A stretch of DNA of 50,891 nucleotides from Thelocarpon superellum (Eukaryota). Shown here piece by piece: positions 1 through 11,048 of the stretch. A program made the translations under genes and the position numbers. The stretch is taken from positions 1 through 50,891 of the forward strand of contig JAPEUG010000091.1 in NCBI GenBank assembly GCA_026025795.1, in the 5' to 3' direction. How positions within the stretch are numbered: position 1 is the first letter of the stretch; each line of letters starts with the position of its first letter. The notes under the pieces were generated by a model. That model was not told the origin of the DNA and did no database searches. It saw only the letters and a program-made list of their open reading frames with translations.

Positions 1-3000
1 TCGACCGCGACGATCTGACGCCTTCACCAGCACGGCCCGCCAGCTTGGCTTCGCACATGCTGGCCCTGTAATTTGACCTGCCCACGATGACGGGTTACAC
101 GGCACGAGGTGAAGCACTGGAGGCGATCAAATGACTTTGGCATTGTCGCACCACGCCCTCCACACCACACAGCACACAGTCACGCTACAACGAACGATTC
201 TACTTGTACGGGTGGTGTGTGTTGTACGGGTGTCTGGTAACTACGGTACTCTAACGGTACGCATCCTGGTACTGCCACGCTCCATCCTTGCCGCAAGGCG
301 CCACGGGAGGATCGGCCCCAAGGCGAGAAGACACCGGGCACCCCCATCTCTTCCAGCACGAGTAGAAACACGATCAGCGCGTCGCGTCGTCGTCACGTCA
401 CGGCCGGCGAGGCGGTCGAAACATGTCAATTTACCAGCCCGCGTCGTTGACGCACACCCGTTCCATTGGTCCTCGGCGCGGCCGCGGCCGCGTCCAGTAG
501 CCCTGCGGGAAGACCGTCGTCTTCGGAATCGGCAATCCGTGGCAGCTGGACGAGTTCGTAGGGCTATCTCAGGCGAAATTACAGTACAGGGTCTCCGAAC
601 TGACTTGCATGCTAAGCTAACGCTCAGTCCTCATCTTAGCTCGTGCGACGGACCATTCGCCTGCTGGCGTTATGAGTGGCCAGCGCTCGGAAGTCAATCA
701 CCCAGGCCATCTGCTCGGCTCCCAGCGCCGAGGACTAATGCGTACTCGTACTTGGAAGTCTCTGAAGTGCTCGTGTCAGGCCGGATAAATTACCGAACGG
801 AGGCCTTTTCCCACCCCTCCAAAGCTCTCGCCTGCGCCAGGCGGGCAAATTTGCTGCCTTGAGCGCTTAGCCAGTCCCTAACTTTGGAGCTGAGGACCTG
901 TCAAATCATGACACGAAGGCTAGCTCACGTTGGTCGGCGGGAGCCGAACGGCTCTAGGGTGGGATACTGGCCGCTCGGGGCACCCGAGGTTGGGCACGAC
1001 GCTAGGCGGTCGAGGAGAGAGAGAGATAGGTGGAGTCCGAGGGCACGAGCGAACATGCACGCCCTCAGGAGACCGATATAGAGATGGACGGAGGCGGGCC
1101 AGGATCGTGTGATCATTAGTCGTGGAGGCTCGGGTTGGCGCGCGAGCACCGCACCATATCACAGCTGCTATACATGGCCCAAATCTTTTCATCGATGTGC
1201 CTTGACGAAGCTCCTATCGCTCTAAGACCCGCCATGGTATGAATACGCTGGGGTGTTCCTTTCGCGCGGGAGGCACCAGGTGGTGAAGAGGTGAGTGAAA
1301 TAACAGCGGCCTGCCCGCGCTCTAGTTAGCCCTACAGCTTAAGGTTCATCAGAATACGAGCACCGCTCGGAAGATTAGACCTTGAGAGCGGATCGATTGG
1401 AGGCTGGAGGCGTGCTCCTGCCAGCGTTCCGAGACCCTGGCTTCTCGGATCTTGAATGACTCCCGCAGGGCTGACCATCCCGGCACATTCGGAATGGGAC
1501 TGGGTGCCTGAATCGCGTCCAATACGTCGGGACGCATGCAAGTGCTGGTGCTGGACCGCGTGCAGCTTTCCTCGCCTTCGCGTTCTGTACTAAGGGAGAC
1601 GGATGTGTAATTTCCGTCGACGAGGAAAGTGGTGTCGGGCACGCCACTGCTGCTACTACGATCCACTTTCTCCTACGCAGAATCCGCAGTAGCGTGGGCA
1701 AAGAGCGGTTCAAAGGCCTCGGAGAAGGGGACGAAGTTGCTCCGAGGCACGGAGCGCCAGACCTGTTCCTCCGTCTTACCCTACGTCAGCCGAATGCTCT
1801 CATTGACGCATATTTGGCGTCCGCCCAGCTTCGATCAAAGCGACGTTCAGCTCTGCCAGGTCTAGTGCAGGTCCTGAGCAACAACATGACGTGAAGAGAG
1901 CATATCAAGAGGGCGAGCGAGCGCTGCGCAGGTCGGTGTCGCCATCTGGCAAATGCCGCGTGCATCGCGCCGATTCCGCGACAGCTTCTCTGGTCGTTCC
2001 CCTGCGAGACTCCGTCCATGGCCCACGGCCGTGAATGGCCGTGGATGGCCACGGTGGACCGGCCGCCGCCGCGCGGCGTCACGCCCAGTCAGCGGCCGTT
2101 ACGCTTTGTCACCTCGGCCTCCCAGCCGCGTCTAGACACCCCTGCCACGAAATCTCCACAACAAAGCTCGAACCACGGTAAGGTCCAGCCGGGCGACGCC
2201 CACTTGGGGCCTATTTGTTTCACTTTGGTCCGTCTCATCTCTGCTTGACCAAGCAGCTGGGCGAGGGCACCACCGGCTTTCAGACATCACATAGCTGCTA
2301 CGGTCGGCGGCTCCGTAGGTTGGGTCAGCCCCCGTCGTACTTCGTACTTCGTCTAGGGCCAGCTGTGCGTCTGCCACGTCCACGTCTAACGCGCAACACA
2401 GTACAGCTGTTGGTGGAGCTAGTCATGAACCGGAGAAATCCGTCTCTCGGTCGCCGCATGCCGTCAACGCCGAGCAACAGCGGGAGGAGCAGTCACGCGG
2501 AGCTGGGCTCGTCCCACGACACCTACAAATAGTTACAGCCAAATGGTCCAATTGGCTTGCAACTGAATACGGACCCTCGTCGGCGTGCACTGCCAGCCTC
2601 CAGCATCGAGCAATCAAGCTTCGCCCAGTCGAGCCCTAAGCCTGGTCTTGACGCGCGAGTTCGGCTGCGGGCGCATGGCTTGGCCGTGCACTGCCATGGC
2701 GACCGTCCGGGCGTGGAAACTTAGGCCCGAAAGGATCGGAAAGCGACCAAAATAATAACGGTCGGAGGCCGCGCACAGATGAGCGCACCTCGGACCTGCA
2801 AGGCGAGACGAGCGGACTCCAGGGGAGGGAAAGCTTGGCGCCGTGCTAGAGGCCGATGATCCTGGTCAGGACAGGAAGAGCCGGCGGAGGATGGATCGTA
2901 GTCTGTCCCGGCCAATGGCTCCGCTGGCTGGCGCGCCCTAGCAGAGGCACGCCAACGCATCCGTGAGGCACGACCCGAGCTACGCAGCTGGGATGGCTTC

Positions 3001-3981
3001 GCTTCAGGCTCACGGCATGCCGATCTCTATGTTAGTCCATCCCAGCATCGGGGCCTACGAGTACGGCCGTGAGATACCCTGGTCCTTCGCGCCCTCTCCC
3101 GGACATGGCAACGTGCTTGACCATGTCCATCCACCACCACCCAACCACCACCCATCCCCTCCGTCCCCCCCCCGGTCGGAGGGCCGATCGTCCTTGCGCG
3201 GCCGACCAGGATGCTACGTCCCTGGTCGATGCAGTGCGGTCTCGTGAAGCCGGCGGAGCCCGCATCCCTCCGCGTGGTGTCGGCCGCGATAGGCTCGCGC
3301 GTGCCAGAGATCCCGGCCTGGCAGCATCGAGGGGGGCTATCGCAACGGGAGGCCCGCACGCCCGTCCACCCTCCGTCGTCCACATACTGGGACGAGCAAT
3401 CCCACACGGCGCGCCCGCCGTCGGCCCCCCTCAGCCCTAGCCCCGTTGTTGCTGGCGTGGGAGGTCGGTCCGGGCCAATGGGCCGTACCCGATTCTACGA
3501 CGCGGCACCAACGCTCCCCATGTCGCCGTCATCCACCGGATCTCAGCCGCATGCCGGATGCTTATTTTCAGAAGCACGCTTGTGCAGCGCCTCCATCTGC
3601 ATGTCCGCGCTCGTGCGAGTGGGCGCGTGCGCCTGCCCTCCCCACGGACAAGCCACCATGCTCCTCGATCTGTTTCATGTTGTCCGCCGACGCTGATGAG
3701 AGGCTCGATGCCGGGGCTACTGGTCCGGGCTACCCACCCCGCTCCCTTCCCTACCTCGCCTCGACAGCCGCTGACGGCAGATCCATGATTAGGTTGAGTC
3801 TAAGGCCGACTCGGCGTGACCCCTTCTGGTGTGCTACGGCGCCCATGGTGCGATCCGGACCGCCAAGTTCATCTCCACCCGGCCTGTTTCCCTTCCTATC
3901 TATTTCTGAAACACAACTTCGATCACCGCCCTCCCATCCTCCATCCAACGTTCTTATATCTTCGCTGGCCCTCCTTCCATC

Positions 3982-6963
3982 ATGGACCACCCCAGCACCT
4001 CTACGAGCATCGTGTTGCCCTCAATTGAACTTCCAGCACGCTCTGGGCCGTTGGCACCGCATTCGCCACCCGCTTCGCACCGCGAACCTCCCTCGACTCA
4101 CCATTGCCCATCCTCTTCGACTCGCCCCTCATCCCCCCAACCCTTCTCCGTCTCGAGATCGCCGCCATCGCGCCACTCGAGCGCCCGGTCCATCTCGACG
4201 GTCCGTCACCCACCCCGCCGTAGGTCCGTGGCCCACCCCGCGGCCGCCATGAGATCGCAGACCGGTTTGCATCAGCTCGACGACCGACTTACCTATACGC
4301 CCACCACCCACCGCATCAGCCGGGCAAAGAAAGGGAAGCGCGTCCACGCGTGCACGGAATGTAGCAAGGTGAGGCCCGCGCTGAGATAGCGGCGCACATC
4401 TACCGTGCTGACGGAAGACTAGATCTTTACACGTGCCGAACATCTCAAGTACGGGCTCCACGGGCCTCCTGGCCTTGCTTCAATGAGTGGCTGACCGAAG
4501 TCGTGATGCGCAGGCGACATAAGATGAATCACAACTCCGAGGCGCAATACCGATGTGATGTGAGTGGTTGTGCGAAAGCCTTCCACCGCGAAGACCTCCT
4601 CAAGCGGCACAAGGAGCGACAGTGAGCTCGCCTTGAACCCATCGTGTGGCTCCATCTCCGCTGACCCGGTGCAGCAGCGAGATGCTCACGGGTGGGAGCT
4701 CGTCCGGCATGCTCTCCAGCGCCAGCTCCAGTCGGCGTCCGTCGAGCACCTTCTCCGTGTCGAGCGCCAGCTCCATCCCTCCGGCCACGTTTGCGGCCTC
4801 GCCGACCTACTACCCGCATCCTGTCTCAGACACGTTGGGCCCCGAGGCCATGCCTTACATCACATCGGCCATGGAGCTCTCCAGTACCGCCCCGCACGCG
4901 TCGATGCCATCGACTACGCACGCGACCGATCCTAGCCTGCTGGCGCCACTGGCGATTCCGACGACGTCGGCCGCTGGGCCAGGAGCATATGTGCCAGACC
5001 TCTCATACGCCGGCTCCGATGAATCCCCATTGCAATCATCCAGCTCGAGCTGCTACTCGGTAGAAGTGGCGCAGTCGGGCTTTCCTGCGCCCGTGTTCGG
5101 GGTCCCGCCGCGACCGCGGTCGGATTCGGCCATGTCGGCGCCCGAGCCGTACTACTACTACTGCAAGTCTCCGCTGTCGGGAAATGCCAATCCTTTGCCT
5201 TGGACGGTGGAGGAAGCGGCGCCCGCGCATGCTCCACAGGTGCTGAGCAGCCCCTATGAGGGGTCCTTCCTTCCCACAGTGGGTACTCCGCCCCCCCAAC
5301 GACGGTCGTGGACCCTGGCTCATGATGTCGCAGTACCAACCCGACGGGTATCCCATGCCGCTGTGGCCGGAGGTTCCCTTCCAGAGCTTCGGCACCTGAT
5401 CTTGGGTAGCACGAGCGTGTGCGCCAATCCGCCCAGTCTCGGCGTCGACGTCTTGACCGTCGCCGACCCTTTTCTGGACCTCTACTGGAAGCATTTTGAT
5501 CCGTCGGTGCCCATCATCCACCGCCCGTCCTTTTCGTCCAAATCCAGTCCGGCGCTCGTGGTGGCGGCGATGGTGGCTATTGGCGCCCAATTCGCCCGAA
5601 CCCAGCAGTCGCGACCGTTCGCTGTGGCGGTGCACCAACGATGCAAGGAACAGCTGTCCGGCGTGAGTCTTCCTCCCGCGAGGATGTCCATGGACGCAGG
5701 CTGACCACGCGTGACAGCATGGAAACATTACCAGCCGCTCTCCCTTGCCCAACATCCAAGCCGTGCTTCTCTTGGAGTACTTTGGTCTCTTCCGGGCCAA
5801 GCGCATCGATGTGCAGGCGTCGGCCCACTTCCGATCCCTCTACTCCAGCGTAAGTCTCCGTCGCCCCACGGTGTCGGACCGCTCTGACGGGGATGCAGCT
5901 GTTTGAAGACCGCAACCGGCGGTCGACCGACCCACTGGCACGGCTCCGCTTGTCCCAGAGTAAGTCGGCTCGGCATGACGTGCGCCACGAATGGCTGCGC
6001 TGGGCCGATCTCGAGGCGCGACGCCGCCTCACTCTGGCGGCCTTCATCCTTGACGCCCAGCAAGCCAGCTTGTTCGAGCAGGATTTCTGTCACGCCCCGA
6101 CGACACGAGGTCACTCCAACCTGTACGCGAGTTGCCCAGAGGAGATTTGGGCGTGCGCCACCGCCGAGGGGTGGACCACGCATCAAACGGCGCTCACCAC
6201 GGTGCATCCCCAGCGCCGGCTTCCGGACATGGCGCGGGCCTTCCTCGAGTCCGACGTGGAGGAAAAAGGGCGCTCGGTCTTTGACGGCGCCGCAGTTCTT
6301 GCCTTGATCATCTCGTCTCGTGCCGCGTCGCCGCACGCACCGCTGGTGGACGAGCGACTCCACCAGTGGCGACGACGGGTGGATCCAAGTCGCCATGGCC
6401 TGCTCATCACCTACCACGCCTACCTCCTGGGCGGCGACACCCCTCTCCGAGACCTCTTGGCGGTGACGGGCGAGACCTGGGTTCTGGGGCAGAAGCTCAG
6501 TCACCCGGCCGAATTTGTCGTGGCGCGGACGCGCCTCCGGACGTGGGCCGAAGGTGCCAAGGCGAGGGCAACGGTCGGGCATGCGGCGCAGATCCTGCAG
6601 ATTGCCGCGGATGCGCAGAGCAACGGGCAGATGCTTCTGCTCGGGGGCGGCCTGCACGAAGCATGGTGCGTCTACGTTGCGGCCCTGGTGTGCTGGGCGG
6701 TTGGTGCGGCGCTTCGGACGACGATGGAGCCAGCATTGCCGATGGCGGAGGATCCTGCCCGGGAGATGCGCCAGTATCTCCGGGCCATGACCAGGTCGTC
6801 CGGGGAAGTTGATGGGCTTGGACCTGACGCCTGTCCTCTCCTGGCCCGCACGGCTGGCACGCTCTCTTGTGTCCGCCAGTGGCTGCAAGGCTCGATGAGC
6901 GGACTGTTGAAAGAAGGAGAGGAGGTGATGAGGAAGCTGGAGCAGGGACGTATCGAGCTCTGA
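3982..6963 (+). CDS. C2H2 zinc-finger transcription factor with a C-terminal fungal-specific TF (middle homology) domain; spliced
   Basis: Exons 3982 (or 4249)-4368, 4423-4448, 4514-4621, 4675-5662, 5718-5849 and 5899-6963 join in frame across GT..CTGAC..AG introns. They give two C2H2 fingers (HACTECSKIFTRAEHLKRHKMNH; YRCDVSGCAKAFHREDLLKRHKERH), then FLDLYWKHFDPSVPIIHRPSF, LVVAAMVAIGAQF and WADLEARRRLTLAAFILD, typical of the Fungal_trans region. The start is ambiguous; ATG 4249 has a GCCGCCATG context. Confidence 0.9.
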
Positions 6964-7309
6964 ACGTGGCGTGGCATTGCATTCCCGCATATTTAGACCT
7001 GTCAGCGTTGACGACCAGTCACGAAGATTACGATTGTTACGAGCATTTATGAATATGGGAGAACTTGAAGTAACTACCAGTACTGCGATAGATGCCCCAG
7101 GATCATGGCCCATGGTCTGAGGAGCCGCCGTACACTCGTTCGCCCTCTCTGAGGTAGAGGCAGTAATTCGTGTTCCCATTGTGGCGCCAGGGGTTCCACA
7201 AATCGTCCCAGGTCGGGAGCTCGCATGCTACCAGCACTCACCCGCGCCAGTCCGAACCACCGCTGACCTGTCAGCAACGCCTTCCACACCCTCAGCTCGA
7301 TCTCATCGT

Positions 7310-7393
7310 AACACCATCAACACCATCCACATCATCCACATCATCCACACCATCAACACCATCAACACCATCAACACCATCAACACCATCATC
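7310..7393 (+). repeat. 9-bp tandem repeat (CAACACCAT/CCACATCAT variants, about 9 copies) just upstream of the OTU gene
   Basis: Seen directly; reads (STP/STS)n in the OTU frame. Confidence 0.9.
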
Positions 7394-7433
7394 GCCAAGA
7401 CCGATTCCCTCGGATGTAGCCGACACGCCCACG

Positions 7434-8429
7434 ATGGACGAGCCAGCCTTGTCGATGCACGCCAGGCATCGGAAGGAGCTCCGAGATCTGCAATCGCGCA
7501 TCACGCAGAAGAAGAAGGCGGCGAGCAAGAGGAACCGGAAAGCGGTCAATGCAGAATGCGACGAACTTGAGCGCCAGACCACGGAGAGACACGCTACAGA
7601 GACGACTGGATCTGGCGGAGCCGAGGCTCTTCGGACGGCTGAGGATCCCTCCGATGGCGACAAGGGCGTGTCGCATGGGGAGACGGATCGTCTCGACCCG
7701 ACGCTGGATCCTGCTCTACACATGTCCAAGCTGGACATCTCGAGCCCGTCTGCTCAGGAGCCCGACAACGCCTCAGCGACGGCTCCAGCACCAGCCCAAG
7801 AACCCGCCATTGGCTCGGCAATGGCTCCAGCGAGGAAAGGCAACCGTCAGAAAGCGCGGCTCGCACGCCGTGCGGCGGAGCAGGAAGCCCAAGCAGCCGA
7901 GGCCGCCGCCGAAGCCGCTGATCTACCGGATCTACGGGAGCAGGAACGCATCATGATGGAAGAACAATGTGAGAAGTATGGGCTGCGGGAGGTGCAGATT
8001 CGACCCGACGGCCATTGTCTCTACTCCGCCGTGGCGGATCAAGTGACGCAATTGGGCCTGTGGCCACCGCCCTTGGTCTCTCCTAGTATGTCGTTGGCGG
8101 TGGGCAAGAACGCCGCGCCCGACTATCGAGCTGTGCGAGCAGTCGCGGCAACATATATGACGGACAATCCGGACCCGTTTGAGCCATTTCTTGAGGAACC
8201 GCTCGCGAAATACACACATAAAGTCCGGGACACGGCAGAATGGGGCGGCCAGCTGGAGCTGCTCGCCTTGGCGCGAACGTTTGGCGTCGAGATCGACGTG
8301 CTACAAGGCGACGGCCGGGTCGAGAAGATCGAGCCTCTCACGACGAGCAGCGTGGAAAAGATGTGGCTGGCGTATCATCGACATCACTTTGGTCTCGGGG
8401 AACATTATAATTCGCTTCGAAAGAGATGA
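7434..8429 (+). CDS. OTU2: OTU-domain deubiquitinase, Otu2/OTUD6-like; single exon
   Basis: N-terminal RHRKELRDLQSRITQKKK coiled region, catalytic IRPDGHCLYSAVADQ, TAEWGGQLELLALA and His-box GLGEHYNSLR. First in-frame ATG is 7434; the ORF-track start at 7170 is a GTG. Confidence 0.92.
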   Translation: MDEPALSMHARHRKELRDLQSRITQKKKAASKRNRKAVNAECDELERQTTERHATETTGSGGAEALRTAEDPSDGDKGVSHGETDRLDPTLDPALHMSKLDISSPSAQEPDNASATAPAPAQEPAIGSAMAPARKGNRQKARLARRAAEQEAQAAEAAAEAADLPDLREQERIMMEEQCEKYGLREVQIRPDGHCLYSAVADQVTQLGLWPPPLVSPSMSLAVGKNAAPDYRAVRAVAATYMTDNPDPFEPFLEEPLAKYTHKVRDTAEWGGQLELLALARTFGVEIDVLQGDGRVEKIEPLTTSSVEKMWLAYHRHHFGLGEHYNSLRKR

Positions 8430-8490
8430 TAGTTGAGGACTCAGGATGGCGTAGAGGAGGCGGCCGCCGGGGCCACCCACGTTGTGCCAC

Positions 8491-9432
8491 ATGCCGCCAG
8501 ACACTCGCCTGATCGGTTCCTCTGCCTGCTTCGTGAGCCCGTATCGGATGCCATCGAGCGATGTCGTGCAGCGGCAGTAGTAAATGACGGTATAGTCTAG
8601 TCATCACGCAGGTTACCGGCTTCATCATACGGGAGCTCTTCGCCAGGGTGACCAATGTGCCCTCGATATAATGTGTGGCCGGACCCCAAAAGGAGAGCCC
8701 TGGGCCGTCGGTTTGGCCGAGGAGGATTTGACGCAGATCAATTGTCCGACGAGATTCAACGATGAAACTTCCGCGTGCCGTCGGGTCCAGGCTGGATGCA
8801 GCAAGGGTGGGATGGCACAGACGACCTAAGAGTGACGCGTTGGCTGAGTTGAGACGCCATGGCGTGCATCATGAGGCGGGCAGCGTGTAGTCATAGATGA
8901 GATCAGATCACATCTCGCGTCTCCCAAGCTTCTGACGCCATTCATCCTGGAGGGAATCGCCGTAGATGAACGTGATGCACCCCGGCCCTTCAGCCGGATC
9001 TTTCGTCGGATAGTTGGGAGCATGAACACTCACAGGTCCCGCGCAGCTTGGACGGCATGCTTGGCGATCTCCAGCCAGCGGGTATCATAACCCAAGCTCG
9101 CGAGGAGGACGTCGTATCCCTGCTGCACCCCGGCACCAGCGCTCTCTTCCGGCGCCGCATCTTGTCCATCGCGTCCTTCCTCCGCCGAAAGGGGGGGTCC
9201 CTCAGACACATCTTGTCGATCAGCGTCTCCCAGCGCCCAGTGTGGTATTCCAAACATATCGTTTCGATCATTGTTGGCATGTTCCAGTGCAGGATTGGGC
9301 TGCCCTCGATCCAAGGGAGGCGAGTAGGGAGATTGCCAGATGCGGTCCCAGCCTTCGCCGAGCGCACTAATAGGGTGCTGGCGTAAAGCGCGGCAAGCCG
9401 TTCGGTCACTTGGGGATTGTTGTGCTTGACAT
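8491..9432 (-). pseudogene. Decayed thiol/halide S-methyltransferase (TPMT family)
   Basis: Family-like blocks appear in colinear order but in different frames: GEGWDRIWQ..DRGQPNPALE, RRKRALVPGC, GYDVLLASLGYD..LEIAKHAVQAAR, ITFIYGD, DLIYDYT, CAIPP..PAWTRR, LICV, PFGVRP, GHPGEELPYDE, RWHPIRAHEAGRGTDQASVWRH. There are several frameshifts, in-frame stops, and an intron relic at 8826-8883 whose donor reads CT instead of GT. Confidence 0.85.
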
Positions 9433-9744
9433 ACGCACGGGGGCCTCAGGTAAGCTGTAAAGGCTGCCGGACTTTCCACCGTCTCCAACTACAGGCGCGC
9501 GGCATTTGCTGGGTGGCTGTAACTCCGGCTACAGTACCTCACGGTGGTCCAGGCCTCATACCGAGGATTCGTACCTGTACTGTAAGCGGGGTGGCGGGGC
9601 CTCGTGCTAACCACTCGCATCTAAGCACCGTTAACCACTTTTGACATCACCGGTGTCCAACATTACTCAGATTCGAAGTGGCGTTCAGGGGCGGACGTGA
9701 CTGCAACATGGCATCGCATTCGTCTATTCTCTTCACCAGATACC

Positions 9745-10930
9745 ATGGTTCTCACTCTCAATTTGACGGCACCCAAAAAAGCGGGTTCGCCGGCCGACCC
9801 GCGGGGATCCATTCGTCCATACCGCGACCGCGCTGGTCAGTCCTGGCTGTCCAGTCGCTCTTCCACGTCCGTTGCTTCCGGACAAACAATATTGCCGACG
9901 GGCCTGACCTCGGATCCATCGGATCCACCGGATCCATCGGATAGTCTAGCATCCACCGGGTTTCCTGCTGCGTTGCGATGTTACCCGTAGCTACCTCTCT
10001 TCCAACCTCTACCTGATGACGGGTCACGATCTAGGGCTGACATTCTTTGCAAATGTAGCATCACCAGATCTCTGATCCGCTCGTTGGATCTCAATGATAT
10101 ACATGCGCTGTCTCTCACCAGCCACGAGATGCGGAATACGCTGCTCCCGAATCGAGCCACGCTGGTGACTCATTCGCTCCGATGTCAGAACGACGCTGCT
10201 GCACCAACGTCCCTGACAACGAGCCGAGGCCGAGCGAGCCACTGCGCGAGAGACATGGTGGGGGCATGCCAGCGATGCCGCGGGATCGTGTGTCGGGTAC
10301 GTATCCCTCCACTCGCCGCACTCTCCGGCCCAGCCAACCCATGACCAACGATCATGGCAGAACTGCACTTCCAAAACCTCCTCCCACGCGCTGGCAGCAC
10401 GGTACCGACGGCTCTGCCGCATATGCGTCTCGGCGCCCATCACGGCGCACATCAGCGCGGCCCATCCAGCATGCACATGTGCGGATACACCACTGTATCT
10501 CTGCCGGATGTGCGGGACGGTGATCCGCGCCGCGGACGTGGCGTACGCATGCGGCTGGACCTGGCGAGCACGATACGGCATGGCGGCGCCTGCGCACGGC
10601 GCGCTCACCGTGTCGGGCCTCAGCACGGGCGTCGGCGCCGGGAGCCAGGGCGTCAAGTGTGGCGCGTGCGAGCGCTGCATGGCGCGCGTGCCGATCGTGG
10701 ATGAGGACGGGGTCAAGGGCGTCGTAGGCGCCGTCGTCGACGACCCGGCCAAAATCATCCCCGTCACAGACGGCTCGGTCTACACGCTCACGGATCCGGA
10801 TGACGGGGAGCGCTCGTGGTGCGCGTGGTGCAAGGGCATTATTCCAGGGAGAGGTGATCTGGACGCTTTACCTGCGCTGGAGAAGAGGAGCGGGGCGGTG
10901 GCGAAACAAGACTTGCATGATAAAATGTGA
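9745..10930 (+). CDS. Conserved-type fungal hypothetical protein with an F-box-like N-terminal motif and multiple CxxC (putative zinc-binding) motifs; spliced
   Basis: Exons 9745-9986, 10059-10296 and 10361-10930 join in frame. They give CYPITRSLIRSLDLNDIHALSLTSHEMRNTL, CARDMVGACQRCRGIVCRNC, RRLCRIC, CTC..LCRMC, GWTWRARY, CGACERC and RSWCAWCKGIIP. Intron 1 has an atypical GTAGCT donor, so exon 1 is less certain. Confidence 0.75.
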
Positions 10931-11048
10931 TGTAGGGACGGCAGAAGAAAAACGTATAGTAGGATAATTTCGGGTTATGAAGCTGTGAATTTACCAAACC
11001 TAGCGGATGGAAGCATGGGAGGTTGAGAGAAGAGGAGAAGTGGAGAAG

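Noticed and set aside
131..862. 243-aa ORF at the window start
   Set aside because: Arg/Pro/Ser-rich, with no recognisable motif; typical of chance ORFs in GC-rich DNA.
5728..7179. 483-aa minus-strand ORF
   Set aside because: Antisense shadow of the transcription factor's last exons, with no domain features.
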